Shown here one piece after another: positions 50,200-64,000 of a stretch of DNA of 64,000 bases. The stretch is taken from the NCBI GenBank assembly GCA_964016885.1, contig OZ024741.1, positions 87,916,001-87,980,000 of the forward strand, written 5' to 3'. The stretch's first letter is position 1. Each line of letters starts with the position of its first letter. The notes below the pieces were generated by a model. It was not told the DNA's origin, did not search any database, and saw only the letters and a program-made list of their open reading frames with translations. Source of the stretch: Eledone cirrhosa. Its lineage: Eukaryota. A program made the translations under genes and the position numbers.

Positions 50200-53100
50200 C
50201 ACTGCGCCCCACCCACCAAACGCAATCCAAAACTTCAGAGTTGGTACCATGAATGTAGGCACCTTAAAAGGCCGCTCTAACGAGGTTGTAGAAATGCCTG
50301 AACGTAACGAGGTTGATGTTTGCTGTATCCAAGAGACCAGGTGGAGGGGCAGGTCTGCTAGATTCATTGTGGGTAAAAAACGATGCTATAAGCTTTTCTG
50401 GGTGGGAAATGACAATGGGCTGGGTGGGGTAGGCATCATGTTAGCAGAAAAATGGGTGGATAAGATAATAGACGTAAATAGAGTGAATGACAGAATAATT
50501 AATAGATGAAATGTGAATCTGCGAGCTACCAAGCACCCACGTGAAGCACCAACCCAGAGACCCTTCCCTACGAGTGTCGACAAATGCCCAAAACTTCGAG
50601 TTGGTACCATCAATGTAGGCTCAATGAAAGGAAGAGCAAGAGAAATTGTAGAAATGCTAGAGCGAAAGGAAGTTGATGTATGCTGTGTACAAGAGACTAG
50701 ATGGAGAGGAGAGTCTGCTAGAGTCCTCGTAGGAAAAAGTCGGTGCTACAAATTTTTCTGGGTGGGAAATGACGATGGGATGGATGGTGTAGGTATACTA
50801 CTAGCTGACAAGTGGGTAGATAAAGTAATCTCAGTGTACAGGGTAAATGCAAGAATCATTAAACTCAGACTAGTCCTGAATAAAACAATTACCACAATAA
50901 TATCAGCTTACGCACCCCAATCGGAGCTGCCAGACGAACTTAAGGATAGGTTTTACGAGTCCCTAATGCACACTACTGCTCTAACAGACAACAATGACTT
51001 CCTAATCATCGCAGGAGATTTTAACGGACACATAGGTAAACACTGTGACGGCTTCAATAGAGTACATGGAGGCCATGGGGTTGGCACAAGGAATGAGGAA
51101 GGATTCAGACTTCTAGAATTCTGCGACGCCAATGACATGTCGATATGTAACACAAACTTTAAAAAACCCGACAACCACCTGATCACCTATAGATCAGGGG
51201 AGCACTCTAGTCAGTTAGATTTTATCCTCATCAGAGGACGTGACAGATGGACGGTCGTAAACACAAAAGCCTTCCCTAGTGAGGAATGTACATCCCAACA
51301 TAGCTTAGTTGTCAGCGACCTCACGGTCAGAACTAGACGAACCTGGAAACAGAGGCCAACCTGGAGAAGAAAGATCTGGAAGCTGAAAGTTCCCTCAACC
51401 AGTAACAGATTTAAAGATATTTTACTCAATGCCTACGACAGTAAAAAAGAACAGATAGAGACATTTAATGTAGAAGAGAACTGGGAGTTCCTAAAAAAAT
51501 AATTTACTAGAGGCGACGGATGAGGTCTGTGGCTGAAGTAAGACCTCAAGCAGGAGGAGAGTGACTTGGTGGTAGAACAATAAGGTAGATGAAGCAGTTA
51601 AGGCCAAGAGACAGGCATGGAAAGAATGGAAGAACGGGGGGAGCAGGGTTCATTACATAGAGACCAAGAGGGAAGCTAGGCGACAAGTATACTTAGCTAG
51701 GAGGGAAGCAGAAGATAGAAAATTCAAGCATGTTTTTGAAACGTGAGGACCAGAAACAGGAGGTATTCAAGATTGCGAGGCAGTGTGTCAGAGATAGTTG
51801 CGATGTCATTGGAGAGAAGTGTATCCGGAATGATAAAGGTGAGCTTGCTCTCACAAGTGCTGAGAAGAAAGATGCATGGAAGAGTCATTATGATAGATTA
51901 CTAAATGAGGAGAATGCATGGGAAGAAGAGACCCTACCCCAAGTAGACCCTATAGAGGGACCAGCAGTACAAGTCAGCAGCAGCGTAGTAAGTAAGGCAA
52001 TCAAAGATATGAAGATGGGGAAGGCAGCCGGTCCATCGGGTATAGCTGCCGAGATGCTGAAGGCATCTGGGTCTGTAGGTCACACTATAACCACACGTAT
52101 TGTTAACCAGGTAATACTAGAAGGTGCCATACCAAAAGATTGGTGCAGTAGCATCATTGTCAACTGCTACAAAGGTAAAGGCGATGCACTAGATAGAGGA
52201 AACTATAGAGGTATAAAGTTGATGGACCAGGTCATGAAAGTAACAGAAAGAGTTATAGCACAGTTGATAAGGGACCGGGTGAAAATAGACGAGATACAAT
52301 TTGGGTTTGTACCAGGAAGAGGCACCTCTTCCTTGTGAGGCAATTACAGGAAAAGTACCTAGCTAAAAGTAAGCCACTCTACTTGGCATTTGTCAACCTT
52401 GAGAAAGCCTTTGACAGAGTTCCACGTGCTGTAATCTGGTGGGCTCTTAGAAAACTAGGAGTAGATGAATGGCTTGTGAAAGTGGTACAAGCCATGTATA
52501 GGGGAGCAGTCAGCAAAGTTAGGATTAGCAATGAGTATAGCGAGGAATTTAGCGTACAGGTTGGGGTCCACCAGGGCTCTGTTCTTAGCCCCCTCCTGTT
52601 CATCATAGTCCTGCAGGCAATAACGGAGGAGTTTAAGACCGGATGCCCATGGGAACTCCTGTATGATGATGACCTCGCACTCATAGCTGAATCTATGGTA
52701 GAACTAGAGAATAAATTCCAAACTTGGAAGCAGGGACTAGAAAGAAAGGGTCTCAAAGTCAACATGACAAAGACTAAGGTCCTTGTAAGTAGACGAGAAA
52801 ACAGAACCCAGATCCCCTCAGGGAAATGGCCTTGCTCAGTATGTAGGAAAGGTGTAGGTAGGAACTCCATTCTCTGCCCCAAATGCAAACAATGGGTACA
52901 CAAGAGAGATAGCGGGATCTCAGGAAGCTTAATTAAGAATGTAGGCTTCACATGCAGCAGCTGTGCTGAGACAGCAAGCAGCAAACAGCCACAGGAAACA
53001 AGTACCACCAATCTCTGGGAGGGCTCTGTAGAAACAGTAGACAGCTTCTGCTACCTAGATGACCGAATTAGCAGCGGAGGTGGGTGTTCAGAAAGTACAA

Positions 53101-56048
53101 TAACTAGGGTAAGAACGGGATGGAAGAAGTTTAGGGAACTACTACCACTGCTAGCTGCAAAAGGCTTCTCTCTCAGAATGAAAGGCAGACTGTATGATGC
53201 GTGTATCTGAACAGCAATGTTACATGGTAGTGAGACCTGGGCACTAAAGGTGGAAGACTTACGTAGATTAGAGAGAAACGAAGCCTGCATGCTCCGATGG
53301 ATGTGTAACAGTAATATACATAAACGACAAAGCATAAATGAATTGAGAGAGAGACTGAGCATAAGAGGAATCAAATGCCGTGTGCTGGAGAGGCGGTTGC
53401 GCTGGTATGGATGTGATGCGTATGAAGGATGACAGCTGCATAAAAAGGTGCAGAGCACTAGAAGTAAAAGCATATTACTTGATGCTTTCGACAGTAAGGA
53501 AGAACATTTAGAGTCCTACAATATAGAGGAACAGTGGGAATTCCTGAAAGCAAACCTGCTGATGGCGGCAGACGAAGTCTGTGGCTGGAGCAGGCCTATA
53601 GGCAGGAGGAGAGAGGAGAGTAACGTGGTGGTGGAACAATAAAGTGGAGGAGTCAATTAAGGCCAAAAAGCAGGCTTGGAAAGTATGGCGGGATGGGGAA
53701 AATAGAGAAGACTATCAAGTGGCCAGGAGGGAAGCTAGGAGACAAGTGTACTTCGCAAGAAGGGAAGCAGAGGAAAGAAAGTTCAAGCATGTTCTTGAGG
53801 ACCAAAAATGTGAGGTGTTCAGGATTGCTAGGCAATGTGTCAAGGAAAACTGTGATATTGTCGGCGAGAAGTGTGTCCTTAATGATGATGGTGTACTTGC
53901 CATCACTGACGCTGATAAGAAGGTAGCTTGGAAGTGTCACTACGAAAGGCTACTAAATGAGGAGAATAAATGGGAGAAAGACAGTCTCCCCCACATCGAT
54001 CCAATAGAGGGACCAGCAGTATTAGTCGAAGGTAGTATAATAAGTAAGGCAATCAAAGATATGAAGACGGGTAAGGCGGCTGGGCCTTCGGAAATAGTTG
54101 CTGAAATGCTGAAAGCTTCTGGAACAGACCATGGTCACTCGGATAGTAAACCAAGTCATACAGAATGGCGTTGTTCCGAAGGACTGGCGTAGCAGCATCA
54201 TCATTAACTGCTACAAGGGTAAAGGAGATGCCCTAGATAGGAGTAACTATAGAGGCATTAAATTAATCGACCAGGTCATGAAGGTCACAGAAAAAGTAAT
54301 AGCGCAACTAATCAGAGAGAGAATTGACCTAGATGAAATGCAGTTTGGGTTTGTGTCAGGCAAAAGTACCACAGACGCTCTTTTCATTGTACAACAACTA
54401 CAGAAGTACCTAGCTAAAAGTAAACCCCTATACTTAGCTTTTGTTGACTTGGAGAAAGCCTTCGACAGAGTCCCCCGTTCCATTATCTGGTGGGCTCTTA
54501 TAAAACTAGGTGTTGATGAATGGCTTGTGAGAGCTATACAAGCCATGTATAAAGAAACAGTCAGCAAGGTTAGAATTAACAACGAATATAGTGAAGAGTT
54601 TAGCGTAAAAGTTGGTGTTCATCAGGGCTCCGTTCTTAGCCCCCTACTATTTATTATTGCCCTTCAGGCTATAACAATGGAGTTCAAGACCGGCTGCCCA
54701 TGGGAACTCCTATACGCAGATGATCCAACGCTCATAGCTGAATCAATGGCCGAACTAGAGAAGAAATTCCAAACATGGAAGCATGGCCTAGAATCAAAAA
54801 GCCTTAAAATTAACCTGTCTAAGACTAAAGTTCTAGTTTGTAGGAAGGAAAATAGGGCACCGGTCCCATCCGGGAAATGGCCATGCTCAGTGTGTAGGAA
54901 AGGAGTAGGTAGAAACTCCATTTTATGTCCCAAATGTAAAGTATGGGTGCATAAAAGATGTAGTGGGATCACAGGTAAGCTGACTAAGAACATAAATTTT
55001 ATATGTGGCCGGTGCTCTGGTGCAATAAGTAGCAGCAAGTGCCCACAGAATACTAGCTCATTCCATTGCACAGATGGTTCTATAGAAATAGTGGACACTT
55101 TCCGTTACTTGGGTGACAAAATCAGCAGTGGTGGAGGGTGCTCTGAAAGTACAGTAGCTAGAGTCAGAACTGGATGGAAAAAGTTCAGAGAGCTTATACC
55201 ACTATTAGCCGCTAAAGGGTTCTCTCTAAAAATGAAAGGCAGGCTGTATGATGCCTGCATACGAACAGCAATGTTACATGACAGTGAGACCTGAGCATTG
55301 TGTGCAGAGGATATACGCAGACTGGAGAGGAACGAAGCTTGCATGCTCCGCTGGATGTGTAATAGTAATATACGTGAACGGCAAAGCATAAACGAACTAA
55401 GGGAAAAATTAGAAATAAGAGGGATCAGATGTTGTTTACTCGAGAGAAGACTACGTTGGTATGGTCATGTGATGCGCATGAAAGACGACAGCTGTATAAA
55501 AAAGTGTAGGGCAATAAAAATAGACGGTAGCCACGGAGTACGCAGACCCAGAAAAACCTGGGACGACTTGATAAATTCCGACCTCACACACTTACACCTC
55601 TCCAAGACAATGTCACTGGACCGAGATCTTTGGCGCTACACAGTAATACAGACGACCCGCCTTACCTAAGTACAAAGTGAAACCTACTACAGTCAGTAGG
55701 CACCTCTAACAAAATACACCCCTGTCACATTACCCCCACCCCATCCACACCACCCCTTTCAATGTAAAGTTATGTTGGTACAACATCCAGTCCGAAACAA
55801 ATGAGGTTGTGTAGGTGTCACGACAAAAAAACACACATTCCACGCTGTAATGTGGCCGTGTAGGTAACACGGTAAAAACCCCCCAGTCCACACTGTAAAC
55901 GTGGTTGGTGTTAGGAAGGGCATCCAGCCGTAGAAAACCCGCCAGACAGTCCTATGCGAGCAAGACAACCACTCTTGCCTCAAGTGGGAAAACTCCCGTC
56001 CAAACCCATGCAAGCGTGGAAGATGGACATTAAGCGATGATGATGATG

Positions 56049-56050
<2 letters not shown>
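50200..56050 (+). mobile_element. Composite RTE LINE locus (APE + RT): three joined segments, decayed
   Basis: APE motifs (GTINVG, CVQETRW, SAYAPQ, GDFNGH, LDFIL) and two RT domains, each with a WPCSVCRKG Cys-rich module; stops and frameshifts; 3' UTR ends in (GAT)n. Confidence 0.93.
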
Positions 56051-56080
<30 letters not shown>

Positions 56081-56664
56081 CTCCACACTGGGAGCATCTT
56101 ATTTGAGCACTAGCACTAGGTCATGTCTTACACATAACTGATGCCCTTCCTATCACTAATCACATTAGAGTGTATTGGGTGCATTTTATCAGTTTAGCGT
56201 CCGTTTTTCGATGCTTGCATGAGTTAGACGGATCATCCACATCAGGAGACAAGTCTGGCCAGAATTGGCCATGCCGTACCTTGCTCTGACAGGACTGTAA
56301 ATTTGGCCAGGGATTTTACAGCTGATGCCCTTCCTAACACCAACCACATTATTGTCAAGCAAACACACAGACATACTTACACATGCAGCAGCATACCTAA
56401 ACATTTACACACAGGCATATCTACATGCAAACACACAAGCAGAATGATTAGAAAGAAATTAATAGGAAGAAATGGGTGGGGGATACAAAGAGGAAGTAAA
56501 AGATAGAATTAAAAAGAGAAGAGATATACAATACCAATATAGACATATAGACGGACAAACAGATAGAAAGATAGCGAGAGCAGTTGCAAGAGACAGTAAC
56601 AATATTAAGATTGATACAGATAATTAGAGAAATTAAGGAAAAAAGGAAGGATAGAAGCAGGAAA

Positions 56665-56695
<31 letters not shown>

Positions 56696-56863
56696 CATGA
56701 AAAAAAGAGAAGGGAAAACAGGAAAAGAAAGAAACAGAGATAGATAGAACAGGAGAGAGAAAAAAGAAAGGAAGCAAAAAAGGAAAGACAGATGGAACAG
56801 TGATGAGAGAGAGGGGGGATGAAAAAAAAAAGAAAGATAAAATGGTTAAAAGTGTTGAAATAC

Positions 56864-57026
56864 CTTCATGGTAGTAGCGATCAAGGATGCTGAGGGTAAA
56901 ATATGCCCCATAGCCATGTGCAGCAAATGGCACTTCAGAGAGAGAGGCTAGATAATCCATATAGAACAGGGCTGGACCATCTTTTTCATCATGCCCAGCC
57001 AGTAAGAAATTCACATTATACGGTGA
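56864..57026 (-). CDS. PSMB2: PSMB2 coding exon 4 (163 bp)
   Basis: [54 protein letters not shown]; acceptor ttacag, donor gtattt. Confidence 0.97.
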
Positions 57027-60000
57027 CTGTAAGGAAAGAGATTGTATAGCACATGACAGTACTGATATATAATACACAGACACAAATACATACATAAACA
57101 TATTGCAGAACAGCAATGACCAGGTAGCAAACATGCAACAAAGACCTTAGCACTATTAACTTTAAGATGGAATAAAAGGGTTTTGTACACAAGCCAATGA
57201 GAGAACTATGTGGTTGGTCTACCAGCTAGAAGTAACAGCCAAATCTCTCTCAAACTACTCTCTACCATTTTAAACAAACTGAAGAAAACAATCCTATAAA
57301 CAATAAGCCATAAAATAATGGAACAACCACAGCTGGAACACCAGTTGACAGATGAGAAAAATTGTATTACATTGAATAGTTAACAATAAGTGCACCAGTG
57401 AAATTAACTCTTTCCAATCAAGGAAAGTTTTATAGAAGCAGTTTGATAGCTTCTGTTACAAGGATGACCTAATTAACAGTAGAGGCAGGTGCTCCGAAAG
57501 CATAGTAGCCAGAATATGAACATGTTGGGAAAAGTTAATGGAGCTTACATTGAAAGGATTCTCTCTCCAAGTGAAGGGTAGTATTGTATGATGCCTATGT
57601 ATGAAGTGCAATGTTGTATAGTAGTAAGACATAGGCATTAAATGCAGAGGATGTCTGAAGGCTAGAAAGAGCTGAAACAAGCCTGCTCTATTGAACATGT
57701 AATGTTAGTGTGCATAAACAACAAAGCTCAGATGAATTGAGAGAAGAACTGGATACAAAAGGAATCAGGCGTAGTGTGCAAGATTATGCTAGTACAGACA
57801 TGTAATGTGTATGGAATAGGCTTGTTAGGTGAAGAAGTGTCAAGAGTTCCAAGTGAAAGGAAGATGTAGTAGAGGTAGATTAGGAAAGATTTGGGCAAAA
57901 GTGGTAAAAGTGAATCTCAGGATGTTGAACATAACAAAGGATAAAGGCAAGTGGAAGGGCGCTGTGTTGGATAGGACTCATTCAACACATACAAACATGG
58001 AAAATCCAACATAAAAATCATGATAATTGGCACAAATTTGTAGAGGAGGAGAATAGTTGATAGTTGGCACCCCCTCCCCATAAGACTAGTACAGAGAGAT
58101 GACAGGCAGTCAACTTAAGTGACATTTTAAATCGGAATCTAGAGGGACAGAACAAAATGAAAGGAATTTAATTAAGTACATAACCTTTTGCTGCTAATGA
58201 ATATGGTGATGATGACAACTATGGTGGTGATAATGATGAGCACACTGTAATCAACTTGAATCAGTCTAGCCTCATTACTTCACAAGATACATACTCACAC
58301 AGCCAATGACTTTTAAATAATAAGTTGTTCAACTGCTAAAGAATAAAGGATGGTAGGAATTCCATCTTATCTATACAGCCCTACAGCATTTGGAAAATGT
58401 TAGTTGACTCCAACAAATTAGTAGTCATCCTTCTAAGTGTTAAATTCAGAAGTAACAAAACACACAGATACATTTAAGTTTCCTTAAGAAATGTATTAAT
58501 ATATTAATTTCTGATAATATCAAAGTTGTTCTTGCACCACTCTGCTGCCAAAGAATACTCAGCTATGGTTCACATGTATCACTGAAGCAGTTCCAAGTGT
58601 AATATTTAACATAAATAAACACCAGACACTTTTATCATTCAAAAATATTCAAGATTGCTTAGACAAATTTAGTAGTGCCAAAAGAGGCACAGTGGTGCAA
58701 ATATCTCACTGTATAATCGTTAAAAAATCCATGGATTATTCAACTGTAAAAAGAATTCCTTCAAGAGTATACCATGAACATTTTAACGATTTTTGTTTTT
58801 GTTTTTTGCATGTCAGTACAGGTTGGATTAGAAAATATTTAATCAATACCAGCAATGTGATTTGAACTCATATCACTGATCAACACCTTAGACTGCTGAG
58901 TCATGCTTTGCAACCACCTTCCCACTTAGATTGCTATCGGCAAAATTACACTTTATAAAAGTTGTCATAAACATTATCTGAAATATCTAATTAAATCTTA
59001 GCGAAACTATCATCAAATATAGATTTGTAATCAAATATAGACTCAGTAATATTCATAGGAGCTAGAGAAGCATTCATAAGAGAATAGTACATGTATGTCC
59101 TACACTGAATTGTTCCTAGATGGGGAGCAATAGCACAACTATAGAGTTTATGTGTTGGCTTTATTGTTACCCTTTTTATAATGTTGCATACCCTGTTTTC
59201 AAAGCAAGTTAAGATATAGAGAACTTTATTCTCTAGATTTAAAAAAGCATTTAACTCTATACCTAAACACTTTTCATGCACTAGCTACTTGCCTTTCATC
59301 GGCCCAGCTGTCTCATCTTTTATCTATTTACTAAACATTTTGTGCCTATATTCCACCTCTCTAGAACTTCTCCTCAATTTCCTATTAACACCACTCTACT
59401 AACCACACCCAGTTATCTCCATCCCCACCATAATAACCTAACTGGTTTAAAGTCACTAATCAACTGTACTAGCCCTATTTAGTTATCTCCATTCCCTCCA
59501 TAATAACCTTAATCTAAATTATTGAGAAGCTTGTGAACACCATCACCTGAAACTATGTAGAAAAACAACTGTCACACTCTGGCCAAGCCTACGTTTCTTC
59601 ACTCTAAACCAACAGACAGAATCAATGTGAAAGTTTCTATGTAGTCACGCTAGAAATAACAGCCAAATTTCGTTCAAATCCAACCAACAATCTTTTTTAA
59701 AAAAAGAAAGAAAAGAAAACCTGGACACTGTAATCCTAGGTAAACAAAGGATGGGCTGTCACAGCTGATTTGCATTGCAAGAAATACAGTGAACCCAGAC
59801 TGCCAAAGTATACCCTACATGATAAAAATCACTAACGTTGTTTAGCCACAGCTTGGCTCTAATTAAGCAAACCTATGATCAAAGGCATTCTAAGAACATA
59901 CATTAAGCTATGTTCCAAGCATGAATTTTATGATGAAAACATTACTAAATCCATTGAAATGTAATCAAAGTGGTAAATATCTATTGCTCAAAGCATCAAA

Positions 60001-61083
60001 ATTAACCTAGGGCTCTTTCAGTTAATATATATCAAGAGGGAGTAGCTTCTGTCATCACAATCATCTAGCCTTCTTATGGTAATTGGATTCTTAGTAACTG
60101 AGGCTACCACATACATTAGAGTACTTGACAGCTTCTCTAGTGCTAGTGTCACAATAAAATGCACCTAACACACTCTGTAAAGGTGCCACAAAAAAATGCA
60201 CCCAGTACACACTATAATGTGGTAGTGCAGTGCTGGTGCCATGAAAAATGCACCCAGTATGCTTCATAAAGTAGTGGTGGTGGGGTCATAAAAAAAAGAA
60301 AAATGCACCCCATACATACTGTAAGGAGTTAGGTAGCTTCCAGTCATAGGAACCATGCCAAATATGGAATGTATGAGGAAGATGAAGTCTTTCTGACCTG
60401 CCTAGCCTCAGACCATAACAACCCATCCAACCAAGGCCAATATGGAAGGCAGATGTACAACGATTATGAAAAATGATGAATTTATAGTTGATGACAATGA
60501 AAAGAACTAAAGATTATTGTTTCTAAAAAAGGATACAGCAACAAATACATATAACTGATTAAGAAAAGGTCTATTATAAATTCCTTTATGCCTGGCAAAA
60601 AAATTTTACATGTAAAAAAATCAAAATTTTAAACAATAAATTGTCACCATCATCACCATACTGGCATGGCTTTGATAGGTTTTTATAATCTGTATCAATT
60701 TATATTTTAAGTTAGTTCCCTCTTAGATTAGTTAGGGAGAGTACATCTTGCTTGTACATTAAATTTTTAGTATGCTTTCTATAGCTGAATGCTCTTCTTA
60801 ATACCAAATATTGGGTGTCCTTGACAAAACTAAAGAAACCTATCTATCCAATATTGTCTCCAATCGCCAAACATTTTATAGAATGTAAAAAGTGCATTTT
60901 ATTGTAACACCAACATTAGAGAGGCTGCTTTGTCCACAGTATGACTAAAGAGTCCTTTCTATTTTCCACATAGTCTCTGTTCTTTCAAGGCTAATATAAC
61001 TGAGAATGTAAAAGAGTAAATGAATAGAAAAGAATGTGAAAAAGGAGCGAATATGAAAACAATGAGAAAGATATGCAACTTAC

Positions 61084-61154
61084 TGAAGTTCTTAAATAAT
61101 CAGCCAAATTTTTCCGTGTGAAGTTAGCAGCTGCAGTTGGACTGAGTTCATAGC
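61084..61154 (-). CDS. PSMB2: PSMB2 coding exon 3 (71 bp)
   Basis: (G)[23 protein letters not shown]; acceptor tttcag, donor gtaagt; phase compatible with neighbouring exons. Confidence 0.96.
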
Positions 61155-61567
61155 CTGAAAATAACAATTTAAAACAAATATGGAATCAATAAACAAAAAT
61201 ATATATATAAACTATCTATAAGCAGGCAGTTCTGTAATTACAAAACTATTAATAAGGTAAGAATGGTTTTCAAAATTTCTATGAGGAAAAATATGAAGGC
61301 AGATACTAAACATGAACACTACACCATTACCAAGAACACAAAAATGAATTTCCTTAATTAACTTTTAACATTCTATATTGATTTAGCAGAAAATGAAAAT
61401 ATCTAAAAACAGGTTTGTTAATTCACATGTTTATAGTATCTTTACTAGCAGACAGTAAAGATTTTAGTTGCTAAATACCATGCAGTAATACTCTTGTTTT
61501 ATACTTTTCCAGAATTTGTTGCTAATGGGGTATTAATGGTTAAGGAAATGACATGTGAAGTGCTTAC

Positions 61568-61690
61568 CATTTCTCATTTTATAAAGCTGAATGTTCTTGG
61601 CAATATATTCAGCAAACTGTACAGTGTCCCCGGGTTCTCCAGTAACCAACATCACTAAATTATCACTCAATTTAAACATCTTATCAGTAT
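61568..61690 (-). CDS. PSMB2: Proteasome subunit beta type-2, coding exon 2 (123 bp)
   Basis: Translates (D)[40 protein letters not shown](G), matching the PSMB2/beta4 family. Acceptor ctttcag and donor gtaagc flank it on the minus strand. Confidence 0.96.
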
Positions 61691-64000
61691 CTGAAAGTAG
61701 ACATAATATAATCACAAATCAATGAAAGTACAACTAAAGATAATATGCATGTGTGTATAATTTATATTATCATGACACCAGCACTAGAGAGGTTGTCATG
61801 TCTTTGACACAATTGTTGAGTCTTCTCCACTGTTTGTTTCACATAGTTTCTATGGTTGAATGCCCTTCCAATCACTTTACAGAGTGTCTGAGTACACAGA
61901 CACCTTCTCGACCCACTTCTACATTTTAACCGATAGACCTGATAGATAAAAGGAGAGAGCTGAACTGGTACTTTATTTATTGACCCTGAATGAATGCAAA
62001 ACAAAGTTGACCACAGATGCAAAAACGAATGCATATACACACCTACAACATATGAGCAATATGAGGTCATTCAGACATGTCTGGCCATGGACAGTGACAA
62101 GCCGTTGAACCCATACCAGTGTGGAAAGCAGATATAAAATGATGATGATGAAACATAAATGCACAGACACATCCTCCATAGGCATTCAGTTGTTCAATCA
62201 ACATGTTCGGCTCATTTTTTGTTTATATATATATACTAGTGGACAAGTGCCAGCAATAATGCATTGGATGCATTAATTTTTAGAGTCGAGGATTGATATA
62301 CCATATATAGCATTGAACAATCACAAACTGGGGAATTTGTATTTTGATAAATTTATGGTTTGCATAAGAGAAACCCTTTAGTTTATGTTGATTACTGACA
62401 TTTGGAAGCAATTAAAGAATATATTTTAAATATTTAATTTCTAGGATATGATTACAAAAATATTCAGCATGTATCTACAAATGGCAAGATTAAATGTAGG
62501 AGTAAGTTTGAAGAAATATCTATTTACAGAGACAAACACATAATACAGAGTTTTTCAAAATACAGATCCCAATCCACTGGATTACAACATTAGGAAAAAC
62601 ATCTACAGATATGCTTCAAGATGTGGGTCGCAGTAAAAAAGATTTGAAAAACACTACTCTAGTCTATATACAATACCTGGTAAATGAAACATTTCCCCAG
62701 GTCAAGATAACCTTTCACATAGACAACAAATAAAATATCTAATTTCCTTAAAAAATCTGGCAGATACAATTTTCTTACCATCCAATTCACAGTAACGTCT
62801 GAAATGTATAGTGTAACATTCAACTAAATAAAGGTCATCCATGTTTAAATTTGCCTCTAAACAAAGACTAATCTATTAAAGATTGAAAATGTCCAACTAG
62901 TTCAACAAGTAACCTGAAGAAATTGTATGTTATTTTAAATTTAGAAACTACTGATAAGATTGTTCATGTTTCACCAATCATGGAAGTTCATGTATGAAGA
63001 TACTTTTATCTTTATAATTCAAGAATGGTCACATGTCTGAAACAAGAACAGCTATATATCTGACTTAACCATCTCCTGACTATATTTCTAATGAAATACA
63101 TTCAATTTCAGTTAATGAATCTAGAATTTGGAGAGATTTACTAAAATTATTAATTATTCCATTACTAAGAAAGAAAATTATGTTGGAAGACTTTCTTTTA
63201 AATAAATCCAACCCAGGCAAGCGTGGAAAAACAACTGTAAAAATAATGATGATGAAGTACCCTTTAAAATGGGTGGCTTCGTATCCTAGAATCAGAGCCG
63301 GTTTGGGTTGGTATAAAAAAAAGTTAAATGCATAGCTGAGACAGTTCTTTTTTTGGAGAGTTTTTACTGTACTTACTTTCATCATCTTCCTTTGCTAATA
63401 TCATTTATCCTGTTACTATATTTTCTTGTTTTATAAATCTTTTTTTTGTTCCTGGGTTCAGTGATCCACTGATGTCTCAGATGGGCCAGGAATCCACATC
63501 TTGCTTACATATGTCCCTGTACTTTACAGATAACACCAAGTGCATTTTATCATGGCACCAGTACTAGGGAGGTTGTCGTGTCTTTAAACATAACTGAAAA
63601 GTCTAGTTTTCTATAACTGGATACCCTTCCTATCACCAATCACATACTGACTGTACTGGGTGCGTTTTATCATGTCACCAACAACTGAAGTGGCAAATAT
63701 AATGTTGTGCATGTGCAGCCATTTATTAATTACATAATAATTATAAACAAAATAAAACAGGTATAGTAGTAAATAGAACACATAGAGGATCCAAATGGAG
63801 TTTCATTTCCTCCAGGATAACAAACTGGTTTGAAAGTCATGATGGCTGCATATTTCAGACGTAGTGAAGATTTAAATGTAGCAGGAACTAAGACATGTGG
63901 AGGATCTTAATTCTTAACATCTTGAAATGATTTAGCAGAAAAATATCTAAAAGCCAGCTTGTTAATTCAAATGTTTATAGTATCTTAAAGAATGGACAGA

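Noticed and set aside
56448-57134. 228-aa ORF with a hydrophobic tail
   Set aside because: Only 56864-57026 is PSMB2 exon; the rest is read-through into a pyrimidine-rich intron.
61691-64000. PSMB2 exon 1 (expected ME.LIG..G.D...-like)
   Set aside because: Not found by eye; probably lies beyond the window end.

Overview
Eukaryotic, AT-rich, microsatellite-dense animal genomic DNA. The repeat complement is reminiscent of a coleoid cephalopod such as Octopus, which is an inference. The only host gene I can support is proteasome subunit beta type-2 (PSMB2) on the minus strand: five coding exons between 61690 and 31493, all with GT-AG junctions and a 22.2 kb fourth intron. Its exon 1 was not found in the window. 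The rest is mostly mobile DNA. It includes two 5'-truncated Penelope-like elements (RT + GIY-YIG), one with 405-bp inverted pseudo-LTRs, and a near-intact Ty3/Gypsy element with a tRNA-Trp PBS, a GGGAAAC -1 frameshift, a CATG TSD and a rearranged 5' LTR. There are also many RTE and CR1 LINE fragments, tRNA-derived SINEs, TTAA-flanked MITEs and Helentron/HINE-like elements. The most interesting pattern is a set of sequence-unrelated fold-back elements inserted in (TA)n tracts with an arm-loop-arm-tail layout. Several carry hammerhead ribozyme motifs, including variants with an extra purine after A9 and variants with a greatly extended stem II. All structures were read by eye and have not been confirmed computationally.
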